The notes under the pieces are model-generated. The model was given only the letters and a program-made list of their open reading frames with translations. It was not told where the DNA came from and did no database searches. The position numbers and the translations under genes are program-made. This document shows, piece by piece, positions 30,301 to 39,002 of a stretch of DNA of 64,000 bases. Numbering within the stretch: the stretch's first letter is position 1; every line of letters begins with the position of its first letter. Origin of the DNA: Candidatus Oxydemutatoraceae bacterium (GTDB lineage Bacteria; Pseudomonadota; Gammaproteobacteria; Poriferisulfidales; Oxydemutatoraceae); contig CBDCOZ010000003.1 in assembly GCA_965220085.1 (NCBI GenBank), positions 1,824,001-1,888,000 of the forward strand, read 5' to 3'.

Positions 30301-32328
30301 CTATCGCAGCGGGCCTTCAAGGAAGATGCGCAACCGCAGACGCAGGTCCCGTTGGCGAATGCATTCCGGGGGTTCCGGGACTTCCGAGGGGTCCGCCAAG
30401 TCTACCGTGATGACACCTCTGTTGGCGCTGGTCGCTCTGGCGCTGCCATCGGCGGCGGCGGTAGTCACGCGAAATTCAAAACTGTTGTAGCCCATGGTCG
30501 GCACGGCGTTGGCATTGGGGGCGAAGCAGATGCCGCCTGCGCCTGCGAAGTCTCCTGTGGCGTCTAGGGGTACGGGGGTCCCCGAACCTGAGAGGCTTCG
30601 TGCCAAGCCGTCTTCTCCCAGCGGGACCCCAAATCCTTCGGTGCCGATCTCAGGATACACGGTCAATTCCACAAGGTTGTCGCCGTCCTCATCGCTAAAG
30701 GTGAAGTCGCACGGGCTGAAGCAGTGGGGGTTAGAGTTGTCTGCGGACGAAGGCACAAAAACTCTGTTGTTCAGAGCCATCGGCGCATCGTTGACATTGC
30801 GCACCCGGGCGACGGCGGAACACAGCGGCCCCTCTTCGGCGGGGGTTGCGTGCTCGTCCATAAAAGAGACGCAGACGCGGATGTACAACCCCACATGGGC
30901 CTGCAATGGAGTAAATGTGCGGCTGGTGGCGCCGGCTATGGCGGCGTAGGCATCGGCGGCCGGAGCGCCGCTGGCCGGGGCCGGGGCGGACTGCCACTGC
31001 CATTGCAGCGTACTCTGATTTATGACATTGGGTTCCACTATGCTGGCGGTGTTGGCAGTCAATTCGGTGTCTTCGGCGTGGGTGGGGTTCTGAGCGCTGG
31101 TGGCCGGGGTGATGCCGGACGCGCCGGTAGCTTTAATCTGTTGGTCGGTGAACAGATTGATGGTGAGGGTGTAGGCATCCACAGATCTTCTGTCGGAGCC
31201 CGTGCCGGTGTCCTCTATCCTATAGTCGAAGCTGTCGTAGTTATTCCGTGCCGAGGCGCCGGGATTCGGATAGTATGCCAGGGCGTTGAGTTCGGTCAGG
31301 GTCAGTTGGCTGCTGGCGGTCAGGGTCCGGGTCTCGCCCGCCACCACCAGAGTGCCCGCCGTCGGCAGACTGGCCAAGCGTATGCCCTTGAGGGTGTCGC
31401 CATCTTCGTCGGTGATGGGAAAGTCGTTTATGTCAAAGTCGTGCGGATTAGCGGCGTTGGCGGTGATGGGCACATCCACGGCGGTGTCGCGGCCCTCCGG
31501 CGCATCGCTGACATTGGCTATGATGTTGCCGTCGGTGCATCGCATCTCGCTGGCCGGGGTGGGATGCAGATCCCTGAAAGAGGCGCAGACGCGAATGTAT
31601 GTCCCCACATCTGCCTGCCGGGGAGTGAATCTGGCAGAGGTAGCGCCGCTGATGGCGGCGTAGGCATTGGCGGCCGGGGCGCCGCTGGCCGGGGCCGGGG
31701 CCGATTGCCATTGCCAGCGCAGGGTGCCGGTGTTTATGACATTGTTGTCGGCTATGGCGCCGATGGCGGCGGTGATGGTCACATCCTCGTTCCAGACTGT
31801 GGTGCCGGCGGCGGCGGACACTGCGGGCTTGCCGGTGGCGGCCTCCTGAGTGGGATTGAACAGATGGATGGTCATGGTGCCCCGCGCGATGTTGGCGGGA
31901 GTTCCTGCGGCGGTGACATAGAAGAAGAATGTGTCGTAGTTGCGCGTCTGCGCCTGGCCCGTGGGCGGATAGTAGCTGATGGTGGATATGGCATTTGCGG
32001 CCACAATACTTCTGGTTATTGCGGTGGTGCCGACGACGACGGTGTTGCCTACCCGCAGAGTGCCATTTGCAGGCGCCCGCAATCCCACCTCGGTGAGGGC
32101 ATCACCTTCCATGTCAGCAAAGCGGAAGTCGGATAGCTTGAAGTAGTACGGGGATGCGGCGGTGGCGTCTGTGGACACATCAACGCTGGATGGCTGCGCA
32201 GTGGGACTAGTATTTTGCGCTTGCGCCTGAGTGCAGACGGCAACCAGAGCGAGCAGGACGAGCGAGCAGAGGCTAAGCCGGGTTAGTGTTGTCCGCCAAT
32301 GCGGGGAAGAACGGAGTACTTGCATCAT
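30301..32328 (-). CDS. Secreted multi-Ig/cadherin-like protein with C-terminal LRLRLRIFLEGPLR
   Basis: Signal peptide (AQAQ). Two copies of the 'L.WQWQSAPAPASG...Y.RVC.SF.D.....E..C' module alternate with 'F.F.D.DGD.L' domains. Confidence 0.85.
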   Translation of the reverse strand: MMQVLRSSPHWRTTLTRLSLCSLVLLALVAVCTQAQAQNTSPTAQPSSVDVSTDATAASPYYFKLSDFRFADMEGDALTEVGLRAPANGTLRVGNTVVVGTTAITRSIVAANAISTISYYPPTGQAQTRNYDTFFFYVTAAGTPANIARGTMTIHLFNPTQEAATGKPAVSAAAGTTVWNEDVTITAAIGAIADNNVINTGTLRWQWQSAPAPASGAPAANAYAAISGATSARFTPRQADVGTYIRVCASFRDLHPTPASEMRCTDGNIIANVSDAPEGRDTAVDVPITANAANPHDFDINDFPITDEDGDTLKGIRLASLPTAGTLVVAGETRTLTASSQLTLTELNALAYYPNPGASARNNYDSFDYRIEDTGTGSDRRSVDAYTLTINLFTDQQIKATGASGITPATSAQNPTHAEDTELTANTASIVEPNVINQSTLQWQWQSAPAPASGAPAADAYAAIAGATSRTFTPLQAHVGLYIRVCVSFMDEHATPAEEGPLCSAVARVRNVNDAPMALNNRVFVPSSADNSNPHCFSPCDFTFSDEDGDNLVELTVYPEIGTEGFGVPLGEDGLARSLSGSGTPVPLDATGDFAGAGGICFAPNANAVPTMGYNSFEFRVTTAAADGSARATSANRGVITVDLADPSEVPEPPECIRQRDLRLRLRIFLEGPLR

Positions 32329-33200
32329 CGCAGGGGGCCCTCAAGAAAGATGCGCAGGAGCAGGTGCGTCGGCAGATTGTCCTCTGTCACCCGATGACTG
32401 TCTGTGCTGCACAGCGGCCCTGACGATGCGGGCGGGGAAAATTGATCCTTGAAAGAAACGCAGGCGCGGACGAACTTGCCCACATGGGCGGCAAGCGGGG
32501 CGAAGTTCGGGGAGATAACGCCCGTTGCAGTGGCGCCCGGTATGTTGCTATAGGCGCTGCCCATGGGAGTGCCGGTGCCACTGGCGGGTGCGGCGGCCTG
32601 TTGCCACTGCCAGATCAGAGTGCCGACATCAATGCTGTTGGGCTCCGTCACACCGGCGATGGAAGCGCTGATCCGGCCCGTGTCCATGGCGGTGATTGTG
32701 GGCGCGCCGGTGGCGGCCATCTGCGCGGATGCTCCCACCAGATTGATGGTCATGGTGGCCATGTGGATATCGTCACCTACGATATTGGCGAATCTGAAAC
32801 TGGTGAAGCCGGGGGTGGCGACAGAGATGGCATCATCCGGCAGGACATATTTGAAACGATCGTCCGACCCGGCAGCGGCTGAAAAATCACCTACGAAGTA
32901 GAACTGACCCTGCGGGTGTTGATTGCCAATGCGGGTTATTGCCACACCATTCCCCTTGCGAAGGGTTCCGCGATCGGGCAAACTTTCAAAGTTCAGGCTG
33001 CTTCTTGTGAAGCCGGGGAAGTCGGCCAATACGAAGGTATGGCTGCCGCTGCCGATGACAACATCAACACTGGTGTCCCGGATTTGAGCGTCGGCACGGG
33101 TTGCGCCCAATGCCAAGCACAGGGCCAGCATGGTCAGCGAGCAGAGGCTGCGCCGAGTCATTGCTGACCGCCGATGCGGGGAGCGGAGTATGTGCATCAT
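32325..33200 (-). CDS. Secreted two-domain Ig-like protein with C-terminal LLLRIFLEGPLR
   Basis: Signal peptide ...GATRADA-Q; paralog of its neighbours; ATGA overlaps on both sides. Confidence 0.85.
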   Translation of the reverse strand: MMHILRSPHRRSAMTRRSLCSLTMLALCLALGATRADAQIRDTSVDVVIGSGSHTFVLADFPGFTRSSLNFESLPDRGTLRKGNGVAITRIGNQHPQGQFYFVGDFSAAAGSDDRFKYVLPDDAISVATPGFTSFRFANIVGDDIHMATMTINLVGASAQMAATGAPTITAMDTGRISASIAGVTEPNSIDVGTLIWQWQQAAAPASGTGTPMGSAYSNIPGATATGVISPNFAPLAAHVGKFVRACVSFKDQFSPPASSGPLCSTDSHRVTEDNLPTHLLLRIFLEGPLR

Positions 33201-34063
33201 CGCAGGGGGCCCTCAAGAAAGAGGCGCAGGCGCAAGCGTATATCAGGCGGCGGCAACTGTGTCACCTGATGAGCGTCTGCGCTACACAGCGGCCCTTCCG
33301 ATGCGGGCATGGAAAACTGATCCTTGAAAGAAACGCAGGCGCGTACGTACCTGCTCAGTTGGGCGGCAGTCGGTGCGAAGAGGGAGGAAGAAGTGGCGCC
33401 CGGTATGTCAATGTAAGCGCTGGTTGCGGGAACACCGCTGGCGGGTGCGTCGGCTTGTTGCCACTGCCAGCTCAGGGTGCCGACATCAACGCCGTTGGGG
33501 TCCGTCACACCGGCAATGGAAGCGCTGATTCGGTGCGTGTCCGTGGCGGCGATTGTGGGTGCGCCAGTGGCGGCCGTCTGCGTGGATGCGCCCACCAGAT
33601 TGATGGTCATGATGGCCATTGTGGTAACCGCTACTTCATTCACAGACTCTCTAAAATTGAAGATGAAACTGGTATAGCCAGTGGCGATGGAAATGGCATC
33701 GGCGGGTGGCGTGTATCGGGGACCCTCGTCATCTACAAGATCACCAAAGAAGAAGACTTTGCCTTGTGGGTTAGTAGCGCCAAGCTCGTCGGTTTCTATA
33801 AGCCTGCCACGGTGGTCGGTGACGGTGCCACGGGGCAAACTTTCAAGGGACAGCGTAATTAACTCACGCAAGCCGGTGAAATCGGATGCCCGAAAGTGAT
33901 AAGTCTTGCCGATTTCAACATCAACACTGCTGTCTTGAGCCGGGGTTTGAGCGTCGGCCCGGGTTGCGCCCAATGTCAGGCACAGGACGAGCAGGGCCAG
34001 CGGGCAGAGGCTGCGCCGGGTCATTGCTGACCGCCGATGCGGAGAGCGAAGTATTTGCATCAT
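33197..34063 (-). CDS. Secreted two-domain Ig-like protein with C-terminal IRLRLRLFLEGPLR
   Basis: Same architecture and ATGA coupling as its neighbours. Confidence 0.85.
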   Translation of the reverse strand: MMQILRSPHRRSAMTRRSLCPLALLVLCLTLGATRADAQTPAQDSSVDVEIGKTYHFRASDFTGLRELITLSLESLPRGTVTDHRGRLIETDELGATNPQGKVFFFGDLVDDEGPRYTPPADAISIATGYTSFIFNFRESVNEVAVTTMAIMTINLVGASTQTAATGAPTIAATDTHRISASIAGVTDPNGVDVGTLSWQWQQADAPASGVPATSAYIDIPGATSSSLFAPTAAQLSRYVRACVSFKDQFSMPASEGPLCSADAHQVTQLPPPDIRLRLRLFLEGPLR

Positions 34064-35078
34064 CGCAGGGGGCCCTCAAGGAAGATGCGCAGGCGCAAGC
34101 GTATATCAGGCGGCAACTGTGTCACCCGACGGCCGTCGCTACACAGCGGCCCTTCCGATGCGGGCATGGAAAACTGATCCATAAAAGAAACACAGGCGCA
34201 CACATACCTGCCCAGTTGGGCGGCAGTCGGTGCGAAGAGGGAAGAAGTGGCATCCTCTATGTCAACAATGTAGGCGCTGGGTGCGGGAACACCGCTGGCG
34301 GGTGCGGCGGCCTGTTGCCACTGCCAGCTCAGGGTGCCGACATTAACGCCGTTGGGCTCCGTCACACCGGCGATGGAAGCGCTGATTTGGTGCGTGTCTG
34401 TGGCGGCGATTCTGGGCGCGCCGCTGGCGGCCGTCTGCGTGGATGCCCCCACCAGGTTGATGGTCATGGTGGCCATGGTGACATTGGTGATTATGAGATT
34501 GGAGAATCTGAAACTGGCGAAGCCAGCGGCGACAGAGATGGCATCATCCGGCGGGATATATTCGAAGCGATCGCGCCCGAGAGTGGATGCAAAATTATCT
34601 ACGAAGAATTGCTGACCCTGCGGGTTGCTATGGCCAAGCCGGCCGACAAAACTACGGCCATCCCCCCTGAGAAGGGTTCCACGATCGGGCAAACTTTCAA
34701 AACTCAGGGCGCCGCCGTCTGTGAAGCCGGGGAAGTCGGCCAATACAAAGGTATAACTGCCGCTACCGAGGACAATATCAACACTGGTGTCCCGGATTTG
34801 AGCGTCGGCACGGGTTGCGCCCAATGCCAAGCACAGGGCGAGCAGGCAATGCACCGCCGCCCGTGCGGGTGCGAATAGCGCCACAAGCCGCAACCACAGC
34901 GAAAGCCCGGGCGAAATCGGGTAGCGCAACTGCGCTGCGGCGTATGGCGAGTCTATATGGGATGGCGGCAGAAAGCGGGCGGCGAGGCCGTAGAGCCAAG
35001 CAACCGCAATCCCCCTATTTACATGGCGCGGGGGGGGGGGAGGGGGGTAGAGTTAAACATTTGTCGTTTCATATCCAT
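34060..35078 (-). CDS. Secreted two-domain Ig-like protein with C-terminal IRLRLRIFLEGPLR; probable true start lies upstream of a frameshifting poly-C tract (in-frame TTG at 34929 as assembled)
   Basis: The body is paralogous to the downstream genes. ATGs at 35078, 35072 and 35060 run into C6-T-C11 and stop unless the tract changes by +1 or -2. Confidence 0.7.
35030..35047 (+). repeat. Homopolymer G11-A-G6 (poly-C on the coding strand)
   Basis: Directly visible. Confidence 0.9.
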
Positions 35079-35131
35079 TGTTTCTATGACAGTTTGTATC
35101 TCATGAATGCGGTTGTACGGTTAGTGTTGCA

Positions 35132-35264
35132 CTATAAACAATCCACAAGCAATTTATGGAGCACGAACAACTAAGAAACCACAAGCAATTAAATATTGTT
35201 TGTGATCCATGAAAAAGCCACAAACAACTGAGTGTTGTTTGTGCCTCATTAAACGTTGTTTGTG
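35132..35264. promoter_or_regulatory. Array of CACAA(A/G)CAA(C/T) boxes in direct and inverted orientation
   Basis: Forward boxes at about 35144, 35162, 35180 and 35219; reverse boxes at 35195, 35234 and 35255. Two pairs form palindromes with 5-nt spacers. Confidence 0.6.
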
Positions 35265-35540
35265 TATATAACCGTATCACAAAGCGCAAGTCATCTACAA
35301 GTGTTTATATCTCCTGTTTCTAACAAATGTAATTATATAATGAGTGCCTGACACCCTTACGTGTCGCACTATACCACAGTGCGAGTCATTTGCAAGTGCC
35401 TGTTTTGTGCCGTAGCCAATGTGCTGATACCGCCTGTCGCGCGGATACAAGAAATCCATAATATTTCTGGCATTATGCGCCTGCCTTCACCCCCTTCGTG
35501 CGCCCATAATACCCCCCTTCTCCGCCGCAGGCCACTCGCA

Positions 35541-35586
35541 CCACCGTAGCGGGCCTTCAAGGAAAAGCCGTAGCCGCACAGGCAGG
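35541..35586 (-). pseudogene. 3'-end remnant of a further FLEGPLR-family gene
   Basis: Reads LPVRLRLFLEGPLR, then TGG where paralogs have a stop. The downstream ~60 nt resemble those after the 30301 gene. Confidence 0.7.
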
Positions 35587-35588
35587 AA

Positions 35589-35692
35589 GCGTCTGCGGAA
35601 CTTGAAGGGGGTTCTTTGCGGGCCGAAGCTCCAAGCGCCCATGACACGCACCATATCCGCCCCATGTGTCCAATATGTCATGGCATCCAACA
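35589..35692 (+). mobile_element. Second, internally deleted copy of the IS-like remnant, inverted relative to 30019-30240
   Basis: GTCTGCGGAACTTGAAG...CAAGCGCCCATGACACGCA...TGTCCAATATGTCATGGCATCCAACA matches the reverse complement of parts of 30019-30195. Confidence 0.5.
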
Positions 35693-35919
35693 CCGGCGCT
35701 AAGGAAGCTTGGCGATAATGCGCCACTACCGCCCGCGCATACCTTCAACTCTCTCTGAAATAGCAATGGCCGTGCCAGAACCGATTAGCCGATTCAACGG
35801 TAACAGTGCCCGCTCAGAACTGTGACACCTTTTAACAAATCGCACTAAGGCACCCGCATACGCACCACAGCGCTTGTTGCCCCTGCGAAACAGGGGCAAC
35901 AACTAATAAGTATGCAGGC

Positions 35920-36078
35920 TTACTTGTCTTTCTTAGAAAGCTTTGCGGCGGCTTCAATAACTTTATTTTGCTCTCTGATGGACCTTTCAATAATCCTTTT
36001 GAATGCCTTATTTTGCTCTCCGGCGCTTGCCCGCATAAATCTGGAAAAAGAGTTCCCACCTTTGTCTTTTTTCGCCAT
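35920..36078 (-). CDS. 52-aa basic protein, copy 2, directly downstream of the zeta toxin (putative antitoxin or partner)
   Basis: AGGAG RBS; MAKKDKGGNSFSRFMRASAGEQNKAFKRIIERSIREQNKVIEAAAKLSKKDK. Confidence 0.7.
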   Translation of the reverse strand: MAKKDKGGNSFSRFMRASAGEQNKAFKRIIERSIREQNKVIEAAAKLSKKDK

Positions 36079-36162
36079 TTTAATCTCCTATAAATTTAAC
36101 AATCGAAACTGTCGCCGTATTTTAGCCAAAATCTGCCCGTTGGCAATTAGTCATTTTACAGG

Positions 36163-36879
36163 CTAAATAACAGCCATAACTTCCTCTACTGTGTTGTGTT
36201 TCCTTGATAGGTAGCTTTCTATACGCTCAACCCCCCTGAAGAAACGCTTGTTTCCTCCCTCTATATTCTTGACAACCAGCCACAAAGAAATATCAGATTT
36301 AAACTCCTCTTTCATTTTATTAACTACTTGCCAAGAATTGATATAGCTTTCAGCGAATGTCTTTGACGATACATGTCGCCCTTCTGCCTTCTCTCTCGCA
36401 CATACAAACTCCCAAGCCTTCAATGGCTCTTGATACACAAATACTATTTTTGCTTCGCGCTTATGCTTACGCTTGGGCGACAATGATCTTTCTATATTTT
36501 TCCTTGCCCTTTCCTCATTAGAAAGGGTACTATCCATAATGAAGTTGATACTCTTCTTGAGTGCCCGGTCATGCACCGCATCTACGAGGATAGAAGTCGC
36601 GTGTTGAAACAAGTAAGAGTTAGAGCCGTCATATTCTTCAAACTCTTTGCGATACTCATCCGCATCAATAACTAAAACTTCCTCCTTTCTCTCAACTTCC
36701 TCTGCAATAATACTTTTAACTGTCTCTGTCTTTCCAGCCCCGGGAGAGCCTGCCATAAATGTAGAAATAGGGCTGGAATCTTCTTCAATTCCATCTACCT
36801 GCTTCTTGGCAAAGCTCCCCTTTATCTTTTTAGCATGCTTAATGGCACGCTCATAGATAGCCTTTTCCTCTGCTGTCAT
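36163..36879 (-). CDS. Zeta-toxin-family P-loop kinase
   Basis: Walker A 'FMAGSPGAGKT', plus 'IDADEYR', 'FIMDSTLS' and 'RE..EGRHV'. Confidence 0.85.
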   Translation of the reverse strand: MTAEEKAIYERAIKHAKKIKGSFAKKQVDGIEEDSSPISTFMAGSPGAGKTETVKSIIAEEVERKEEVLVIDADEYRKEFEEYDGSNSYLFQHATSILVDAVHDRALKKSINFIMDSTLSNEERARKNIERSLSPKRKHKREAKIVFVYQEPLKAWEFVCAREKAEGRHVSSKTFAESYINSWQVVNKMKEEFKSDISLWLVVKNIEGGNKRFFRGVERIESYLSRKHNTVEEVMAVI

Positions 36880-36899
36880 TTCTGCTGGCGCAGACAATG

Positions 36900-37667
36900 T
36901 CAAGGAAGCTTGGCGATGATGCGCAGGGGCGCGCCGCTGCCGCCTTTGATCTTCATCGGCAACGCATAGATGACGAACCCTTTGGGCGGCAACTTGTCCA
37001 TGTTGGCGACATTCTCAAAGGCCGGAATCTGTTTGTCAAAAAGTATCTGGTGAGTCATGAACAGTTTGGACTGCCCGTAGTCTATGCTCGGGGTGTCCAG
37101 CCCGATGGATGCGATGTTCCTGTTCTCAACAAGCCACTTGGCGGCGTCGGGGTGCAGGCCGGGGAAATGCAACAGCGGCACGGCATCTTTGCCGCGCCGG
37201 GCGGTGCCCATGTACTTCTCCTTGTCCCCCCAGTATCGGGAGTAGCCGGTGTACAGGAGCAGGATGATGTTGTCGGCTAACTCGCCGTGTTGCTTCTCCC
37301 ACCCGCGTATGTCTTCGACGCTGACCTGATAGTCGGGGTTCTTTAGCGCTCTTTCCGAAACATCGATGACCGCGCCGGGGCCAATCAGCCGATCCAGCGG
37401 CACCTGCTCGGTAGTGTGGCGCCCTTTGGCGAAGTGCGACGGCGCATCCATGTGGGTGCCGCCGTGCTCCGCCGCGCTGAATTGATTGGCGGCGTAGTAA
37501 AAGCCCGCCTCGGTGACGCCGTCATGAACCGATTCCAGGTGAAAGCTTTCCGCGGTGGGCCAATAAATGGACTCCATGGAAAACTCGTGCGTCAAATCCA
37601 GCCACTGCCCGGCTTGAGAGGCGACGGGGAATGTAGCGCAAAGCAAAAGTAAAAGTCTGATTTTCAT
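36900..37667 (-). CDS. Secreted cyclase-family (kynurenine-formamidase-like) metal hydrolase
   Basis: Motifs 'EHGGTHMDAP.HF', 'HFPG', 'GLDTPSID', 'FENVAN' and 'GGSGAPLR'; signal peptide present. Confidence 0.9.
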   Translation of the reverse strand: MKIRLLLLLCATFPVASQAGQWLDLTHEFSMESIYWPTAESFHLESVHDGVTEAGFYYAANQFSAAEHGGTHMDAPSHFAKGRHTTEQVPLDRLIGPGAVIDVSERALKNPDYQVSVEDIRGWEKQHGELADNIILLLYTGYSRYWGDKEKYMGTARRGKDAVPLLHFPGLHPDAAKWLVENRNIASIGLDTPSIDYGQSKLFMTHQILFDKQIPAFENVANMDKLPPKGFVIYALPMKIKGGSGAPLRIIAKLP

Positions 37668-37790
37668 TGGTGTGTTTTCTCCGATTATCGTATGAGCAAG
37701 GGAAAATATATTAGCACAGGTCGGAACTGCGGGCACGGGAGCGATTGCCGCTATAATAGCGCACATTATTTTCAAGCAAAACTATTCCCA

Positions 37791-38366
37791 ATGGACAAAA
37801 GAAACTACATCATTGTGGCCGCTCTTGAACTTGAACTGCGAGGGCTGGAGAGCTACGCACCGCTGGTTTACACCGGCGTTGGCAAAATCAATGCCGCGAT
37901 TCGTTTGTATAAGGCGATTCTGCGGTATCGCCCCGATTTGGTCATTAACTATGGAACCGCCGGCGCGCTGAAAGGGCACAGCGGTCTTCTGAAAGTCTCA
38001 ACCATCGTCCAGCGCGACATGGATGCCAGACCGCTCGGGTTTGCGCGCGGGGTCACGCCCTTCTCCGACGAGGAGTTGCCCGTGGCCGATGGCATCGTAT
38101 TGGGCAGCGGCGATTGCTTCATGTCCAACCCCGAAAAAGAATTGGACGGGCTGGACATTGCGATTGACCTCGTTGACATGGAGGGCTTCGCGCTGCAGGA
38201 AGTCTGTCGCGAGCTCGGCGTTGGGTTTGACTGCTACAAGTATGTGACCGACAGCGGCGATGACGATGCGGGCGGCGACTGGCAGGAAAATGTGGCCAAA
38301 GGCGCCGGCATATTCAAGGAATTGCTGCAAGCGGACTATGGGCAATCGGCCCTTGCCGCAACCTGA
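37791..38366 (+). CDS. MTA/SAH nucleosidase-like (PNP_UDP_1) protein
   Basis: Motifs 'TGVGKINAA', 'INYGTAG', 'SGD.F', 'VDMEG' and 'KYVTD'. Confidence 0.85.
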   Translation: MDKRNYIIVAALELELRGLESYAPLVYTGVGKINAAIRLYKAILRYRPDLVINYGTAGALKGHSGLLKVSTIVQRDMDARPLGFARGVTPFSDEELPVADGIVLGSGDCFMSNPEKELDGLDIAIDLVDMEGFALQEVCRELGVGFDCYKYVTDSGDDDAGGDWQENVAKGAGIFKELLQADYGQSALAAT

Positions 38367-38503
38367 TTCCCGATATTGTTATAATGGCGCGACCCTAATT
38401 GAGAGAGGAATTCATTGACTCTTTGCGGATTAGACTTACAAAATGTCATTACGGGCTTTTCCGAAAAACATAATGACACAACCGACGGAGGACTGATGAA
38501 CTT

Positions 38504-38668
38504 ATGTCAAAAGAAACGAAAAAACATAACTCAGAAACAGATAAGAAAAAATCAAAACAACCAAACCGGAAGCTTACCTTGGAAGAAGTGCTAAGTCGAC
38601 CAGGGACGCAAGAGGTCATGGATGTTTACGGGTGGACAATAGCGCCCAAAAACTATCCTGCGGAATAA
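38504..38668 (+). CDS. 54-aa small protein, paralog of the next ORF
   Basis: Manual translation MSKETKKHNSETDKKKSKQPNRKLTLEEVLSRPGTQEVMDVYGWTIAPKNYPAE; upstream GGAGG. Confidence 0.55.
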   Translation: MSKETKKHNSETDKKKSKQPNRKLTLEEVLSRPGTQEVMDVYGWTIAPKNYPAE

Positions 38669-38707
38669 CATAGGAAAGAATCAGACAAACTAGGAGGGAC
38701 AAATCAT

Positions 38708-38920
38708 ATGCATAATAAATCCAAACACCAACGAACGCGTTCCAAACAAAAATCAGAACGGCAATCAAATCAAGAAAAGATGCTGAAAAAAGCCTTGCAA
38801 CAGCCCGGGATGCGCGAGGTTATGAAAATTTATGAACACTGGCAATCAGCAAATCGCGGACTGGACCCGTACTATAGAATGGCGGGAAACTCTTCTACCA
38901 CAACAACAAATCATACCTAA
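38708..38920 (+). CDS. 70-aa small basic protein
   Basis: GGAGG RBS; shares 'L..PG..EVM..Y..W' with the preceding ORF. Confidence 0.65.
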   Translation: MHNKSKHQRTRSKQKSERQSNQEKMLKKALQQPGMREVMKIYEHWQSANRGLDPYYRMAGNSSTTTTNHT

Positions 38921-39002
38921 CCTTGTGACTGTGCTTCGGCCTGCGAGATAAAATATGCCTACTCCGCCCTTGCCGGAAAAGGCTGAGTTGCGTAGCTAGC
39001 CG

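Noticed and set aside
30301-34929. Integron cassette array or shufflon
   Set aside because: The genes overlap with no room for attC sites, all lie in one orientation, and no recombinase is nearby. The shared motif varies at synonymous positions.
35487-35726. 79-aa ORF containing an internal FLEGPLR as a real gene
   Set aside because: A chance read-through joining the antisense IS-like remnant to the truncated gene end. It has no signal peptide.
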